Below the pieces are notes generated by a model. It saw only the letters and a program-made list of their open reading frames with translations, had not been told where the DNA came from and made no database searches. A stretch of 64,000 bases of DNA from Betaproteobacteria bacterium Ga0077532 (GTDB lineage Bacteria > Pseudomonadota > Gammaproteobacteria > Burkholderiales > Ga0077523). Where the stretch lies: positions 37,415 to 101,414 of the forward strand of contig LNEE01000040.1 of NCBI GenBank assembly GCA_001464895.1, written 5' to 3'. Of the stretch, positions 1 through 9,601 are shown piece by piece. The position numbers and the translations under genes are program-made. Position 1 is the first letter of the stretch, and each line of letters starts with the position of its first letter.

Positions 1-1352
1 TGGATGCCGTGGTGCTCATCGGCGGCTGCGACAAGACGGTGCCGGCGCAGCTCATGGGGGCGGCGTCGGCGGATCTCCCCGCGATCCAGCTCGTGACGGG
101 GCCGATGGTCGCGATGCCCTTCCGGGGCGAGCGTCTCGGCGCCTGCACCGACTGCCGCCGCTTCTGGGCCAAGTACCGCGCGGGCGAGGTGAGCGACGAA
201 GGCATCGACACCATAGAGGCGAACCTCGCGACCACCGCCGGCACCTGCGCGGTGATGGGCACGGCCAGCACGATGGCGGCGATCGCCGAGGCGCTCGGCA
301 TGAGTCTTCCCGACACGGCGGCGATCCCCGCGGTCCACGCCGATCGCATCCGCGCGGCCGAGGCCACCGGCGCGCGCGCGGTCGCGATGATCGGCAAGGG
401 GCCGCGCCCCTCCGAGATCATCACGCCGAAGTCGGTCGAGAACGCGATGACGGTGCTGCTCGCGCTCGGCGGGTCGACCAACGCGATCATCCACCTCACG
501 GCCATCGCCGGCCGGCGCGGCATCGAGATCTCGCTCGCCCGGTTGAACGAACTGTCCGACCGTACGCCGGTGCTCGTCGATCTGAAGCCCACCGGGCAGC
601 ACTACTTCGCGGACTTCCACGCGGCGGGCGGCATGCAGGCGCTGCTCACCGAGCTGAAGGATCTCCTGCACCTCGACTGCATGACCGTCACCGGCCAGAC
701 GCTGGGGGAACGTCTGCAGACACCGCCCGCGTGGGTGGACCGCGGCGTGATCCGCTCGCGCGCCGAGCCCTTCGATCCGGTGGGCGGCCTCGTCGCCGTC
801 TTCGGTTCGCTCGCGCCCCGCGGTGCCATCCTGAAGCGCTCCGCCGCCGACCCGAAGCTCTTCGAGCGCGAAGGGCGCGCGGTCGTGTTCTCGTCGCTGG
901 AGGATCTCGCGGCGCGTATCGATGATCCGGACCTCGATGTGACGCCCGACGATTTCATGGTGCTGCAGAACGCGGGGCCGTTGAGCGCGAGCGGCATGCC
1001 CGAAGCCGGCTATCTGCCGATCCCGAAGAAGCTCGCGCAGGCCGGCGTGAAGGACATGGTGCGCATCTCGGATGCCCGCATGAGCGGCACCGCGTACGGG
1101 ACCATCGTGCTCCACGTGTCGCCTGACGCGGCGAGCGGCGGTCCGCTCGCGTTCGTGCGCAACGGCGATCGCATCCGGTTGAGCGTGCGCGACCGGCGCA
1201 TCGATCTGCTGGTCGACGACGCCGAGCTGGCGAAGCGTCGGGAAGGCTGGCAGGGCCCTGCGGTGCCGGCGCGCGGCTACCGTCGCCTGTATGCGCAACA
1301 GGTGCTGCAGGCCGATCAGGGCTGCGACTTCGAATTCCTGCGCGGGGTCTGA
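1..1352 (+). CDS. IlvD/Edd-family dehydratase (dihydroxy-acid / sugar-acid dehydratase type); 5' end lies outside the window
   Basis: The frame of ORF 9..1352 is open to the window edge. Translation shows IGGCDKTVP, TDCRRFW, GGSTNAIIHL and C-terminal SDARMSGTAYG..VLHVSPDAA, which are typical IlvD/Edd motifs. Confidence 0.85.
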   Translation, partial: DAVVLIGGCDKTVPAQLMGAASADLPAIQLVTGPMVAMPFRGERLGACTDCRRFWAKYRAGEVSDEGIDTIEANLATTAGTCAVMGTASTMAAIAEALGMSLPDTAAIPAVHADRIRAAEATGARAVAMIGKGPRPSEIITPKSVENAMTVLLALGGSTNAIIHLTAIAGRRGIEISLARLNELSDRTPVLVDLKPTGQHYFADFHAAGGMQALLTELKDLLHLDCMTVTGQTLGERLQTPPAWVDRGVIRSRAEPFDPVGGLVAVFGSLAPRGAILKRSAADPKLFEREGRAVVFSSLEDLAARIDDPDLDVTPDDFMVLQNAGPLSASGMPEAGYLPIPKKLAQAGVKDMVRISDARMSGTAYGTIVLHVSPDAASGGPLAFVRNGDRIRLSVRDRRIDLLVDDAELAKRREGWQGPAVPARGYRRLYAQQVLQADQGCDFEFLRGV

Positions 1353-1493
1353 CCCATGCCGACCCAGGTATGCCGGCGGTGAGAACAGCGGGTGCACACT
1401 GGTCGAGTTCCCTGCCGAATGGGGAACACGCGAACTGCCGCGAAAACAACGCCGGCAGTGCGTCCTACCGGAACCCATCTCGGGAGAACCAGC

Positions 1494-1970
1494 ATGCGCA
1501 TCCACAACAAGCTCATCCTCGCCGCCGCCCTCACCATGACCTTCGCCGGCCCCGCGGCCGCCGATAGCGAGATCCTCGAAGGCAAGCTGCGGGCGTGCCC
1601 ATCGGACGGCACCGCCATCGGTGGCGTGAATTCCTGCGGCAAGATCTGGAAGCTGAAGTCCGGCGAGGTCGAACTCAACCGCAACGGCGACGTCGAGGTG
1701 GAACTCCGCGGCCTCGTCCTGAACGACGCCACCACGGGCGAATTCAACGGGACCGCCGACGGCGTCACGCAGGTCGTGGTGAGCCTCGTGTGCGGCGGAT
1801 CGAAGGCGTCGGTCGCGGCCGAGAGCGACCGCTTCCCGCTGTCGAAGGACGGCCGGGCGGACATCGAAACCAAGCTCCGTCTGCCCGCCCAGTGCATCGC
1901 ACCCATCGTGCTCGTGCGGGAGGTCTGGGAAGGCAAGGTGGGCGGCTGGCTGGCGGCGACGGGATTCTGA
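1494..1970 (+). CDS. hypothetical secreted protein
   Basis: ATG at 1494 follows GGGAGA. The N-terminus MRIHNKLILAAALTMTFAGPAAA looks like a signal peptide. No family recognised. The longer 1392 start would add an Arg-rich leader with no SD. Confidence 0.6.
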   Translation: MRIHNKLILAAALTMTFAGPAAADSEILEGKLRACPSDGTAIGGVNSCGKIWKLKSGEVELNRNGDVEVELRGLVLNDATTGEFNGTADGVTQVVVSLVCGGSKASVAAESDRFPLSKDGRADIETKLRLPAQCIAPIVLVREVWEGKVGGWLAATGF

Positions 1971-1978
1971 TCCGTCGC

Positions 1979-2002
1979 GGAGCCCGCCTCGAGGCGGGCT
2001 CC
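1979..2002. terminator. hairpin between convergent genes (candidate bidirectional terminator)
   Basis: GGAGCCCGCC-TCGA-GGCGGGCTCC, a perfect 10-bp stem, sits between the stop at 1970 (+) and the gcvH stop at 2064 (-). There is no clear U-tract. Confidence 0.5.
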
Positions 2003-2063
2003 CTGCAGGCACTCTCTGATTTGCGCTGTCTCGTGGGACGACGGCACCACAGGGCAGAGCGCT

Positions 2064-2435
2064 TCAGCCCACCTTCGCTGCGTAGCCCGCCGCATCGAGC
2101 AGTCCGTCGAGCGGCGCGCTGCTCTCCAGCTTGAAGATCCAGTGTTCGTAGGGCGCCGCGTTCACCCGCTCGGGCGCGTCGGCGAGTGCGGTGTTGAACG
2201 CGGCGATCTTCCCGGCGACGGGGGCGTGGATGTCGGACGCGGCCTTCACCGATTCGACGACGCCCGAGACATCACCGGCTGCGAGCGTTGCGCCCACCTT
2301 CACGTCGCCCACGAACACGAGATCGCCGAGCGCCTCCTGGCCGAAATCGGTGATGCCGACCCAGACGAGGCCATCGTCGCCCACGCGGGCCCATTCGTGC
2401 GTTTCGGTGTAGCGGAGGTGGTCGGGCAGGTTCAT
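2064..2435 (-). CDS. gcvH: glycine cleavage system H protein (lipoyl carrier)
   Basis: 123 aa. It has THEWAR, GITDFGQEALGDLVFV and the lipoyl-lysine motif VESVKAASD. Confidence 0.9.
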   Translation of the reverse strand: MNLPDHLRYTETHEWARVGDDGLVWVGITDFGQEALGDLVFVGDVKVGATLAAGDVSGVVESVKAASDIHAPVAGKIAAFNTALADAPERVNAAPYEHWIFKLESSAPLDGLLDAAGYAAKVG

Positions 2436-2583
2436 GGGTTGGCTGGTCTCGGACTAGGGACTAGGGACTGCGGGCTGGGAAAGACCGTCGTCGCGCAGAG
2501 GTTCTCGAATCGAATCCGGAGTTTCGCGAAATCAGGGGGCGGCCGGCCAGACGTCCTGACGACGTTCCCGGGCCCCTCGCACA

Positions 2584-4065
2584 TCACTGCCTGTCCGCCC
2601 GCTCCACCGTGAGCGAGGGATCCTTCCGGGAATCGGCGTCGGCGACCGCGCCGTGGCGCAGCGGATTGGGGCCCCAGACCATCGGGAGGTCGTATCGGCG
2701 CGCACGGCCGAGTTCGTCGAGATGGCGGGAGGGCGCCATGTCCCACGCGTATTCCTGGAGCCGGCTGGTGAGGTCCTTCACGATTTGCGGGTTCCGTTCC
2801 GCGGCGTTGTCTTCCTCGCCCTGGTCGTGGGGGATGTCGTACAGCTCCGTTCGCGTGGGGAGCGTGGTGTAGAGGATGAGCTTCCAGTCGCCGACGCGTA
2901 TCGCGGCGCGGTGGTCTTCCACGGCGATCGGGATGTCCTTGCGCGGCGAGAGCTTCGACTGGGCGATGGCGGGCCACTGGTCGACACCGTCGAGCGGCTT
3001 GCGCTGTTCCTTCTTCGCGCCGGCCTGGGCAAGCAGGGTGGGGTAGAGGTCGGTCACGTGCACGAGGGCGCTCGACACGCCGCCCTCCAGCCCCTTGGGC
3101 CACTTCACGAACGCGGGCACGCGCACGCCGCCTTCGTACAGGCTGCCCTTCCCGTTGCGGTACGGCCCGTTGTCGGCACCCCCCACCGTGACGTCGCCGT
3201 CACCGGTCGGGTACTTGTGGGCGACGGCACCGCCGTTGTCGCTGTGGAACACCACGAGCGTGTTGTCGAGCATGCCCTTCTTCGCGAGTGCCTTCGTCAA
3301 TTCCCCCACGGCGTCGTCGACCGCCGTCACCATGGCCGCGTACGTGCGGCGGGTCTCGTCGCGGATCTGCGCGTTGCGGTCGAGCAGCGGTTTCGGTGCC
3401 TGCAGTGGTGCCGCGGGGGCGTTGAACGACAGCATGAGGAAGAGCGGCTGCGACGGATCGTGCTTTGCAACGACGGCAGCCGCTTCCCGCCCGAGCAGCG
3501 TCGTGTCGTAGCCCTCGTCCTTCACCGGCTTCTCGCCACGCCGCCAGTCGGGCCCCATGGCCCCGGATTTCTTGAAGTGATCGATCTCGCCGGCGAGCGT
3601 CCCGTAGAAGTGATCGAAGCCGCGGCGCGTCGGCCAGAACTCCGGCTTCGCGTGACCCAGCTGCCACTTGCCGATCAGCACGGTCCGGTACCCGGCTTCC
3701 TTGAGCGCCTGCGCAAGGGTGCGTTCCTCGATCGGCAACCCGTACTGGCTCTGCGGCAGGATGGACATCGTCTGCAGGCCGTAGCGCATGGGATACCGGC
3801 CCGTCATCAGCGCGGCCCGCGTCTGGCTCGAATGCGACTGCACGTAGAACTGGCTGAGTCGCACGGCCCCATCGGCGAGTGCGTCGATGGCCGGTGTCGG
3901 GATCTCCTTGCCGAGATAGCCGACGTCCTGCCACCCCAGATCGTCGGGCATCACGTAGACGATGTGCGGCCGGTCGGCGGCGTGCGCGAGCGATGCGCAG
4001 GCGAGCGCGAGAACGGCGGCGATTCCGGGCAGGGTGAGGCGCGGCAGGGTGGGGCGGGCAGGCAT
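2584..4065 (-). CDS. type I sulfatase-family (arylsulfatase-like) secreted enzyme with a non-canonical S-S-Q-T-R active-site motif
   Basis: Signal peptide with AHAADRP. Metal-site motif VMPDDLGWQDVG, then SHSSQTRAALMTGRYP where C/S-x-P/A-x-R is expected, and FHSDNGG further on. Confidence 0.85.
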   Translation of the reverse strand: MPARPTLPRLTLPGIAAVLALACASLAHAADRPHIVYVMPDDLGWQDVGYLGKEIPTPAIDALADGAVRLSQFYVQSHSSQTRAALMTGRYPMRYGLQTMSILPQSQYGLPIEERTLAQALKEAGYRTVLIGKWQLGHAKPEFWPTRRGFDHFYGTLAGEIDHFKKSGAMGPDWRRGEKPVKDEGYDTTLLGREAAAVVAKHDPSQPLFLMLSFNAPAAPLQAPKPLLDRNAQIRDETRRTYAAMVTAVDDAVGELTKALAKKGMLDNTLVVFHSDNGGAVAHKYPTGDGDVTVGGADNGPYRNGKGSLYEGGVRVPAFVKWPKGLEGGVSSALVHVTDLYPTLLAQAGAKKEQRKPLDGVDQWPAIAQSKLSPRKDIPIAVEDHRAAIRVGDWKLILYTTLPTRTELYDIPHDQGEEDNAAERNPQIVKDLTSRLQEYAWDMAPSRHLDELGRARRYDLPMVWGPNPLRHGAVADADSRKDPSLTVERADRQ

Positions 4066-4270
4066 GGGTGAAGTGCGGGTGCGCCGGTTCGGGGTGGTCC
4101 GATGTTACCGCAGCGACCTGCGCCGACACCTCGAAACGCGAGCGTTTGCGGGCCGCTCGGCGCATGTTTTCGCGAGGAGGATTGACACGAGGTTGGACAA
4201 ACCCAGGTTGGACAGAATCCCGGCGCTTCGCGCTTCGCGTTGCCGCGGAACGCTGTGCTAGCATCGATCG

Positions 4271-5866
4271 ATGATTTCGCCCGACCCAGCCATCGCCAAT
4301 GCCCTCGATGCGGTCCGTCGCCGGCTCGGGACACGCCGGCTGGTGGCAGCCCTCGCGTTGGGGGGGGCGTCCGCTGCGGCGCTGCTTTTCGTGGCCCTGG
4401 TGTTCGCGGCGATCCTCGGCAACACGGCGCTCGCTGGCGCCCTCCGCATTACCGGAGTCCTCGGTGCCATTGTCATCCTGGCGGGTTCCGTCTGGCGGGG
4501 TTCCCGCCCTGTCTCCATCGCCCGCGCTGCGGCAGAGGCCGACGCCCGTGGGGATCTGCACGACACCCTGAAATCCGCGCTCGACCTGGCACCGCAGGCC
4601 CCGGGCTCTCCCTGGGTCGAGGCGTTCCTGCAGCGCGCGGCCACGTCGGTCGGCCAGATCGATGTGCGCCGTATCCTTCCGATCGTCGTGCCCACCTCGG
4701 CCTGGGTGGCGGCGGGCTTCGCGGCGGCAGTCCTCTTCCTCGTCGTGGCCGACCCTGACCTCAGCCCCCATGGCGGCGAACTTGCCCAGGGCGCGCCGTC
4801 GGTGCCTGCGAGATTTGCTGCCGACACCGACGACGTGAAAGCGCTGCTCGAAGATGTCGCGAAGACGGCCGACGCGGGTTCCCGTGCGAAGCTCGAGAAG
4901 GTGATGGCCGCCCTCGACCGCCCCGATGCGACCGATGACGAGAAGCGGCGGGCCCTGGCCGAAGCGAAGGCGGCGCTCGACCAGAAGCGCCTCGAAACCA
5001 GTTCCAACGTCGAATCGCTCCAGCAACTCGCGGCCGGTCTTGCCGGCAAGCGCGAGTTCGAGGCGGTGGCCCAGGCCCTGAAGGAAGGCGACGCGGGGCG
5101 CGCAGCGGAAGAGATGCGCAAGCTGGCCGGCGGCGGTGCCAAGCCCGCCTCCGACAATGCCGACGGCGAGAGCCGTCCCGAAGAGACCAAGGCCACCGAG
5201 ACGCCTGCCCCCGTCGATCTCGAAGCGGCGCTGCAGGCGGCTGCTCAGTCGAAGGACGGCGGCCGGCCCGACGGCGAGACGCAGGGCCGCATGCAGAAGG
5301 CGGTGCAGGGTCTCGAGGAACTCGCGAAGAAGCTCGAAGTGCAGGCCCGCCAGAACCAGGCGACGCGCAAACTGAACGCGGTGTCCCAGGCGATGGACCA
5401 GAAGGACCGCGGTCTGCGCGCTGCGCGCTTCGGGCAGCAGCAGGGCCAGCAGAACGACGGCCGCGGTTCGTCCGAGACCGGCAACGCCGACATCCAGGGC
5501 GGGCACATGTACCGCCTCGGCGCGCTGGCCCGTGAGGCCGAGCCGCCCCCGGGGCAGGAAGGCGCCCGGGCCGGCGACTCCTCAGGGGATGCGCCCGGCG
5601 ACCCGGTCGTCGGGGACGAGGTCAACAAGCCCAAGGCGAAGTTCGAGAAGGCCGGCGTGCGCGGTGCGGAAGCCCCGGGTCCCGACGGCACCGATTCGAC
5701 GTTCTATGCCGCCAGCCGCCAGGGCGCATCGAAGGTGGAGTACCAGGCGGTGCGAGCCCCGGTCCGCTACGCGGCCGAGGCAGCACTCGAACCCGAGCGC
5801 ATCGCCCTGCGTCATCGCGCGCAGGTGAAGGGCTTCTTCAGCGACAAACCGGAGACACGCCAGTGA
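4271..5866 (+). CDS. membrane-anchored, Ala/Glu/Lys-rich low-complexity (probably coiled-coil) protein; first gene of the MoxR cluster
   Basis: Hydrophobic segments lie near residues 25-75 and 140-160, followed by a long charged low-complexity region. The stop overlaps the GTG start of the MoxR gene (GTGA at 5863-5866). No domain recognised. Confidence 0.6.
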   Translation: MISPDPAIANALDAVRRRLGTRRLVAALALGGASAAALLFVALVFAAILGNTALAGALRITGVLGAIVILAGSVWRGSRPVSIARAAAEADARGDLHDTLKSALDLAPQAPGSPWVEAFLQRAATSVGQIDVRRILPIVVPTSAWVAAGFAAAVLFLVVADPDLSPHGGELAQGAPSVPARFAADTDDVKALLEDVAKTADAGSRAKLEKVMAALDRPDATDDEKRRALAEAKAALDQKRLETSSNVESLQQLAAGLAGKREFEAVAQALKEGDAGRAAEEMRKLAGGGAKPASDNADGESRPEETKATETPAPVDLEAALQAAAQSKDGGRPDGETQGRMQKAVQGLEELAKKLEVQARQNQATRKLNAVSQAMDQKDRGLRAARFGQQQGQQNDGRGSSETGNADIQGGHMYRLGALAREAEPPPGQEGARAGDSSGDAPGDPVVGDEVNKPKAKFEKAGVRGAEAPGPDGTDSTFYAASRQGASKVEYQAVRAPVRYAAEAALEPERIALRHRAQVKGFFSDKPETRQ

Positions 5867-6858
5867 CCGTTGCCAACGTGGAACGCCGCATCGAGCAGTT
5901 CCAGAAGAATCTGCAGCTCGTGCGCGAGGAGGTCGGACGCATCATCGTGGGCAACCGCGACGTCGTCGACGGCGTGATGACCTGCCTGCTCGCCCGCGGC
6001 CACGTACTGCTGGAAGGCATTCCCGGCGTGGGCAAGACCAAGCTGGTCCAGACGCTCGCCGACGTGCTGCACCTGAAGTTCTCGCGCATCCAGTTCACGC
6101 CCGACCTGATGCCCGGCGACATCATCGGCACCTCGATCGTCCGCGAGGACGAGGGCGGCAGGAAGTACTTCGAATTCCAGCCCGGCCCCATCTTCGCGAA
6201 CATGCTGCTCGCGGACGAGGTGAACCGCTCGACACCGAAAACGCAGTCGGCGCTGCTGGAAGCGATGCAGGAGAACAGCGTCACGGCCGGCGGCACCACC
6301 CGGCCGCTCGAGCAGCCCTTCTTCGTGCTCGCGACGATGAACCCGCTCGAGATGGAAGGCACGTATCCGCTGCCCGAAGCGCAGCTCGACCGTTTCTTCT
6401 TCAAGCTGAAGATGGGTTTCCCCGCGATCGATCAACTGCACGAGGTGCTCGACCGCACGACGCATGCGCGCGAGCCCCAGGTGGAGCGCACGCTCGCACA
6501 GGGCGAGATCCTCGAGATGCGCGACACCGTGCGCGACGTCCCGATCGCGCGCCCCGTGCAGGATTACGCCATCCGCCTGACGCTCGCGACGCATCCGGAG
6601 TCCGAGCAGGCCCACGAGATGGCGAAGCGCTATATCCGTTTCGGTGCGAGCCCGCGCGGCACCCAGGCGCTGATTCTCGGCGCGAAGGTGCACGCGCTCA
6701 TCCACGAGCGACTGCACGTGGCGACCGAGGACGTCCAGGCGGTCGCGCTCTCGGCACTCCGGCATCGCATCCTGCTCAACTTCGAGGCCGAAGCCGACCG
6801 CATTGACGCCGATGCGATCCTGACCCGCATCATGGCGAGCGTTGCGCCGGCTTCCTGA
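5863..6858 (+). CDS. MoxR-family AAA+ ATPase
   Basis: Walker A GIPGVGKT, RIQFTPDLMPGDIIG, Walker B LLADEVNR, and ATMNPLEMEGTYPLPEAQLDRF. Confidence 0.9.
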   Translation: MTVANVERRIEQFQKNLQLVREEVGRIIVGNRDVVDGVMTCLLARGHVLLEGIPGVGKTKLVQTLADVLHLKFSRIQFTPDLMPGDIIGTSIVREDEGGRKYFEFQPGPIFANMLLADEVNRSTPKTQSALLEAMQENSVTAGGTTRPLEQPFFVLATMNPLEMEGTYPLPEAQLDRFFFKLKMGFPAIDQLHEVLDRTTHAREPQVERTLAQGEILEMRDTVRDVPIARPVQDYAIRLTLATHPESEQAHEMAKRYIRFGASPRGTQALILGAKVHALIHERLHVATEDVQAVALSALRHRILLNFEAEADRIDADAILTRIMASVAPAS

Positions 6859-6929
6859 AGAATCCAGTCGGTCCGCCCTCCCGGACCACACTCCCGCGCC
6901 CCGAAGCCCTCCGCCGCATCGCGAACCCC

Positions 6930-7811
6930 GTGTCGAACGCCCTCTTCAACGAAGACTTCCTGCGCCGCCTCGAGCACCTCAATCTGGTGACCCGGCGGCC
7001 CGTGGCCGGCCATCTGCGCGGTTCGCATCGGTCGCGCCGCACCGGCAGCGGGATGGTGTTCTCCGACTATCGTCCGTACACGCCAGGCGACGACACCCGC
7101 AACCTCGACTGGGGCATCTATCTCCGCCTCGATCGCCTGATCCTCCGCCTCTTCGAGGAGGAGGCCGATCTGCCCGTCTACGTCTTCGTCGATGCCAGTG
7201 CGTCGATGGGGCACGGTGCGCCATCCAAGTTCGACTTCGCGCGGAAGATCGGCGCCGCCCTGTCGTATCTTGCGCTGCTCAACTACGACCGCGTCACGGT
7301 GGTCGGCTGGGCCGACGGCATCGCGAAGGAACTGCCCGCCCGCCGTGGGCGCACCCAGGTGTGGCCCATGTTCCGGTTCCTCGACGGGCTCGCACCCGCG
7401 GGCGGCACCGATCTCGATGCGGCGCTGCGCGGCTACTTCGGCGGCAGCCGCACGCGCGGCCTCGTCGTGCTGATCTCGGATTTCCTCGACCGCGGCGGAT
7501 TCGCGCCCGCTGCACAGTGGCTCGCGCAGTTCCGGCACGAGGTCCACGCGGTGCAGGTGATCTCGCCGCAGGAGGCGGATCCTGACCTCCCCGACCAGGC
7601 GATGATCGTCGATGCCGAGACCGACGCGTCGAGCGTGATCGAGATGACGCCAGCACTCATCGCTGCCTACCGCGAGGCAGTCGCGGCCCACGCCGAGGAG
7701 GTCGGCAACGTCTGCCGACGCAATGGCTGGGCCCACCTGGTGGCGCGGACGGATGCGCCCTTCGAGGACCTCATGCTGAAGGGCCTGCGCGTGCACGGCA
7801 TGCTCCGTTGA
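6930..7811 (+). CDS. DUF58 (vWA-like) protein
   Basis: GTG start. SHRSRRTGSGMVFSDYRPYTPGDDTRNLDW is the hallmark DUF58 motif. Canonical partner of MoxR. Confidence 0.85.
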   Translation: MSNALFNEDFLRRLEHLNLVTRRPVAGHLRGSHRSRRTGSGMVFSDYRPYTPGDDTRNLDWGIYLRLDRLILRLFEEEADLPVYVFVDASASMGHGAPSKFDFARKIGAALSYLALLNYDRVTVVGWADGIAKELPARRGRTQVWPMFRFLDGLAPAGGTDLDAALRGYFGGSRTRGLVVLISDFLDRGGFAPAAQWLAQFRHEVHAVQVISPQEADPDLPDQAMIVDAETDASSVIEMTPALIAAYREAVAAHAEEVGNVCRRNGWAHLVARTDAPFEDLMLKGLRVHGMLR

Positions 7812-9601
7812 ACTTCGGCCTGCTCTCCATTCCCGCGGCGCTCGGACTCCTCGCGGCCGTCGCTGCGGTCGTCACGGGTCTCTACCTGCTGCGCCCGCCG
7901 CCCCAGCGGCTCGTGCTGCCGTCGACGCTCCTCTGGGAGCGCGTTCTCGCACGCACCCGCAGCACCAGCCAGCGGTGGCGCTGGTGGGTGTCGCTGCTGC
8001 TGTCCCTCGCGATCGCGTTGCTGGCCGCGCTCGCACTGCTGCAGCCGGGTGCCGGGCCCACCGATGCGAAGGCGCGTCCGCGCGTGATCGTGATCGACGA
8101 CTCCCCCACGATGGGCGCACTGCGGGCCGACGGGCGCACGCGGCTCGAGCACGCGATCGATGCGGCGCGCCGCGAGATCGGCCAAGGCGGGGGTAGCCAT
8201 CTCGTTCTCGACACCATGCGCAATCTCGGACCCTCCGGGTTCACCGACGGTCCGCGCGCATTGGTGCGGCTCGCTGCACTGGCGCCCGCGGCCGGGGTCG
8301 AACCGCGGTTCCCGGAGCTGGCTGCATTGCCGCGGACGGCGCTGCCGCCCGAGGTGGTCTTCATCACCGACGGGGTCGCGCCGGTGACCGTGCCCGACGG
8401 CGTGCGGACCGTCTCCGTCTTCCAGTCCGTGGCGAACGTGGGCATCACCGCGTTCGATGTGCGCGCGCTGCCGGCGGATCCGTCGCGCGTCGAAGCGTTC
8501 ATCGAGGTGGGCAACGCGGACACCGCGGCGGCCAAGGTCACGGTGCGTGTGAGCGGCGCGGGGCGCGACCCGGTGGCCCGCACGGTGAACGTGCCGGCCC
8601 GCGGCTTCGCATCCGTGACGGTGCCGGTGTCGGACTTCACCGGCGGCGCGCTGCGCGCCACGCTCGATACCGGGGCCGATGGCCTGCTCGCCGACGACGA
8701 GGCCTTCGGCTTCCTGCCGTTCAATCGTGTGCTGTCGGTGGCGCTCGTCACGGCGGGGAACGAGCCGCTGGAGCGCGCGCTCCAGCTCGATCCGCGGGTG
8801 CGGCTCACCGTCCTCCCGCCGGCACAGTACGGACGCCGCACGGGGTTCGACGCCTACGTATTCGACCGCTTCGCGCCGCCGTCCGCTCCCGCGGTGCCCT
8901 CGCTCGCGTTCGCGCCGCCTGTGGCATCGTGGCTGCCCAAGGCCACCGCGTCGCGCGGGGCCACGAAGATCTCCGACTGGCGGTCGGATGCGGCCGTGCT
9001 GGAGAACGTCTCGTTGGCCGACATCGTCATCGAGCGCGCGCGGCCGTTCGCGATGCCGGCGGATGCCGAGGGTGCCCTGGCGCGGACCGCGGAGGGCGCC
9101 GCGATCGTCGTGGCCGACGATGCCGCGCCGCGGCGCGTGGCGGTCGGCTTCGCGATCCAGGACTCCAATTTCGCGGCGCAGGCGTCGTTCCCCGTCTTTC
9201 TCTCGAACACCGTGGCCTGGCTCGCCAGTGAACCTGCCCCGGTGACCCGCGCCGTCGGACCCGTGAACCTGCCGCTGGCCGAGGCGAAGGTGCGCGGCCT
9301 CGAAGCCGGTCCGGTGGATACGCGCTTCGTGCCCGGCGCCACGCTCTTCACCGCGAAGGCGCCCGACTTCTTCACCGCCGAATCCGGTGGACGGCGCGTG
9401 CGTGTGCTCGTGAACGTGCTGGATCCGGCCGTGACCGATGTGAACGCCAGCCGTCTCGCGGCCACGGGCGATCGCGCGGCCGACGATGCCTCCGCATCCG
9501 CCGCCTCGCCGCGTACGGCGCCGTGGCTCGTGCTGCTTGCCGTGGCGGCTGCGCTGATGTTGGCCGAGTGGTGGACCTACCATCGGCGGGTGACGATATG
9601 A
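7808..9601 (+). CDS. BatA_N-type (N-terminal double-transmembrane, aerotolerance-regulator-like) membrane protein with a C-terminal anchor
   Basis: TTG start overlaps the DUF58 stop (TTGA). N-terminus is ...LLAAVAAVVTGLYLLRPPPQRLVLPSTLLWERV. A C-terminal TM segment APWLVLLAVAAALMLAEWW is present. Confidence 0.75.
   Translation: MNFGLLSIPAALGLLAAVAAVVTGLYLLRPPPQRLVLPSTLLWERVLARTRSTSQRWRWWVSLLLSLAIALLAALALLQPGAGPTDAKARPRVIVIDDSPTMGALRADGRTRLEHAIDAARREIGQGGGSHLVLDTMRNLGPSGFTDGPRALVRLAALAPAAGVEPRFPELAALPRTALPPEVVFITDGVAPVTVPDGVRTVSVFQSVANVGITAFDVRALPADPSRVEAFIEVGNADTAAAKVTVRVSGAGRDPVARTVNVPARGFASVTVPVSDFTGGALRATLDTGADGLLADDEAFGFLPFNRVLSVALVTAGNEPLERALQLDPRVRLTVLPPAQYGRRTGFDAYVFDRFAPPSAPAVPSLAFAPPVASWLPKATASRGATKISDWRSDAAVLENVSLADIVIERARPFAMPADAEGALARTAEGAAIVVADDAAPRRVAVGFAIQDSNFAAQASFPVFLSNTVAWLASEPAPVTRAVGPVNLPLAEAKVRGLEAGPVDTRFVPGATLFTAKAPDFFTAESGGRRVRVLVNVLDPAVTDVNASRLAATGDRAADDASASAASPRTAPWLVLLAVAAALMLAEWWTYHRRVTI

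Noticed and set aside
2436-2583. A glycine riboswitch upstream of gcvH.
   Set aside because: I could not find the conserved GGAGAG...CACCG...GGGCAA-type cores on the minus strand. The leader is only 148 nt, with a heptamer repeat instead.
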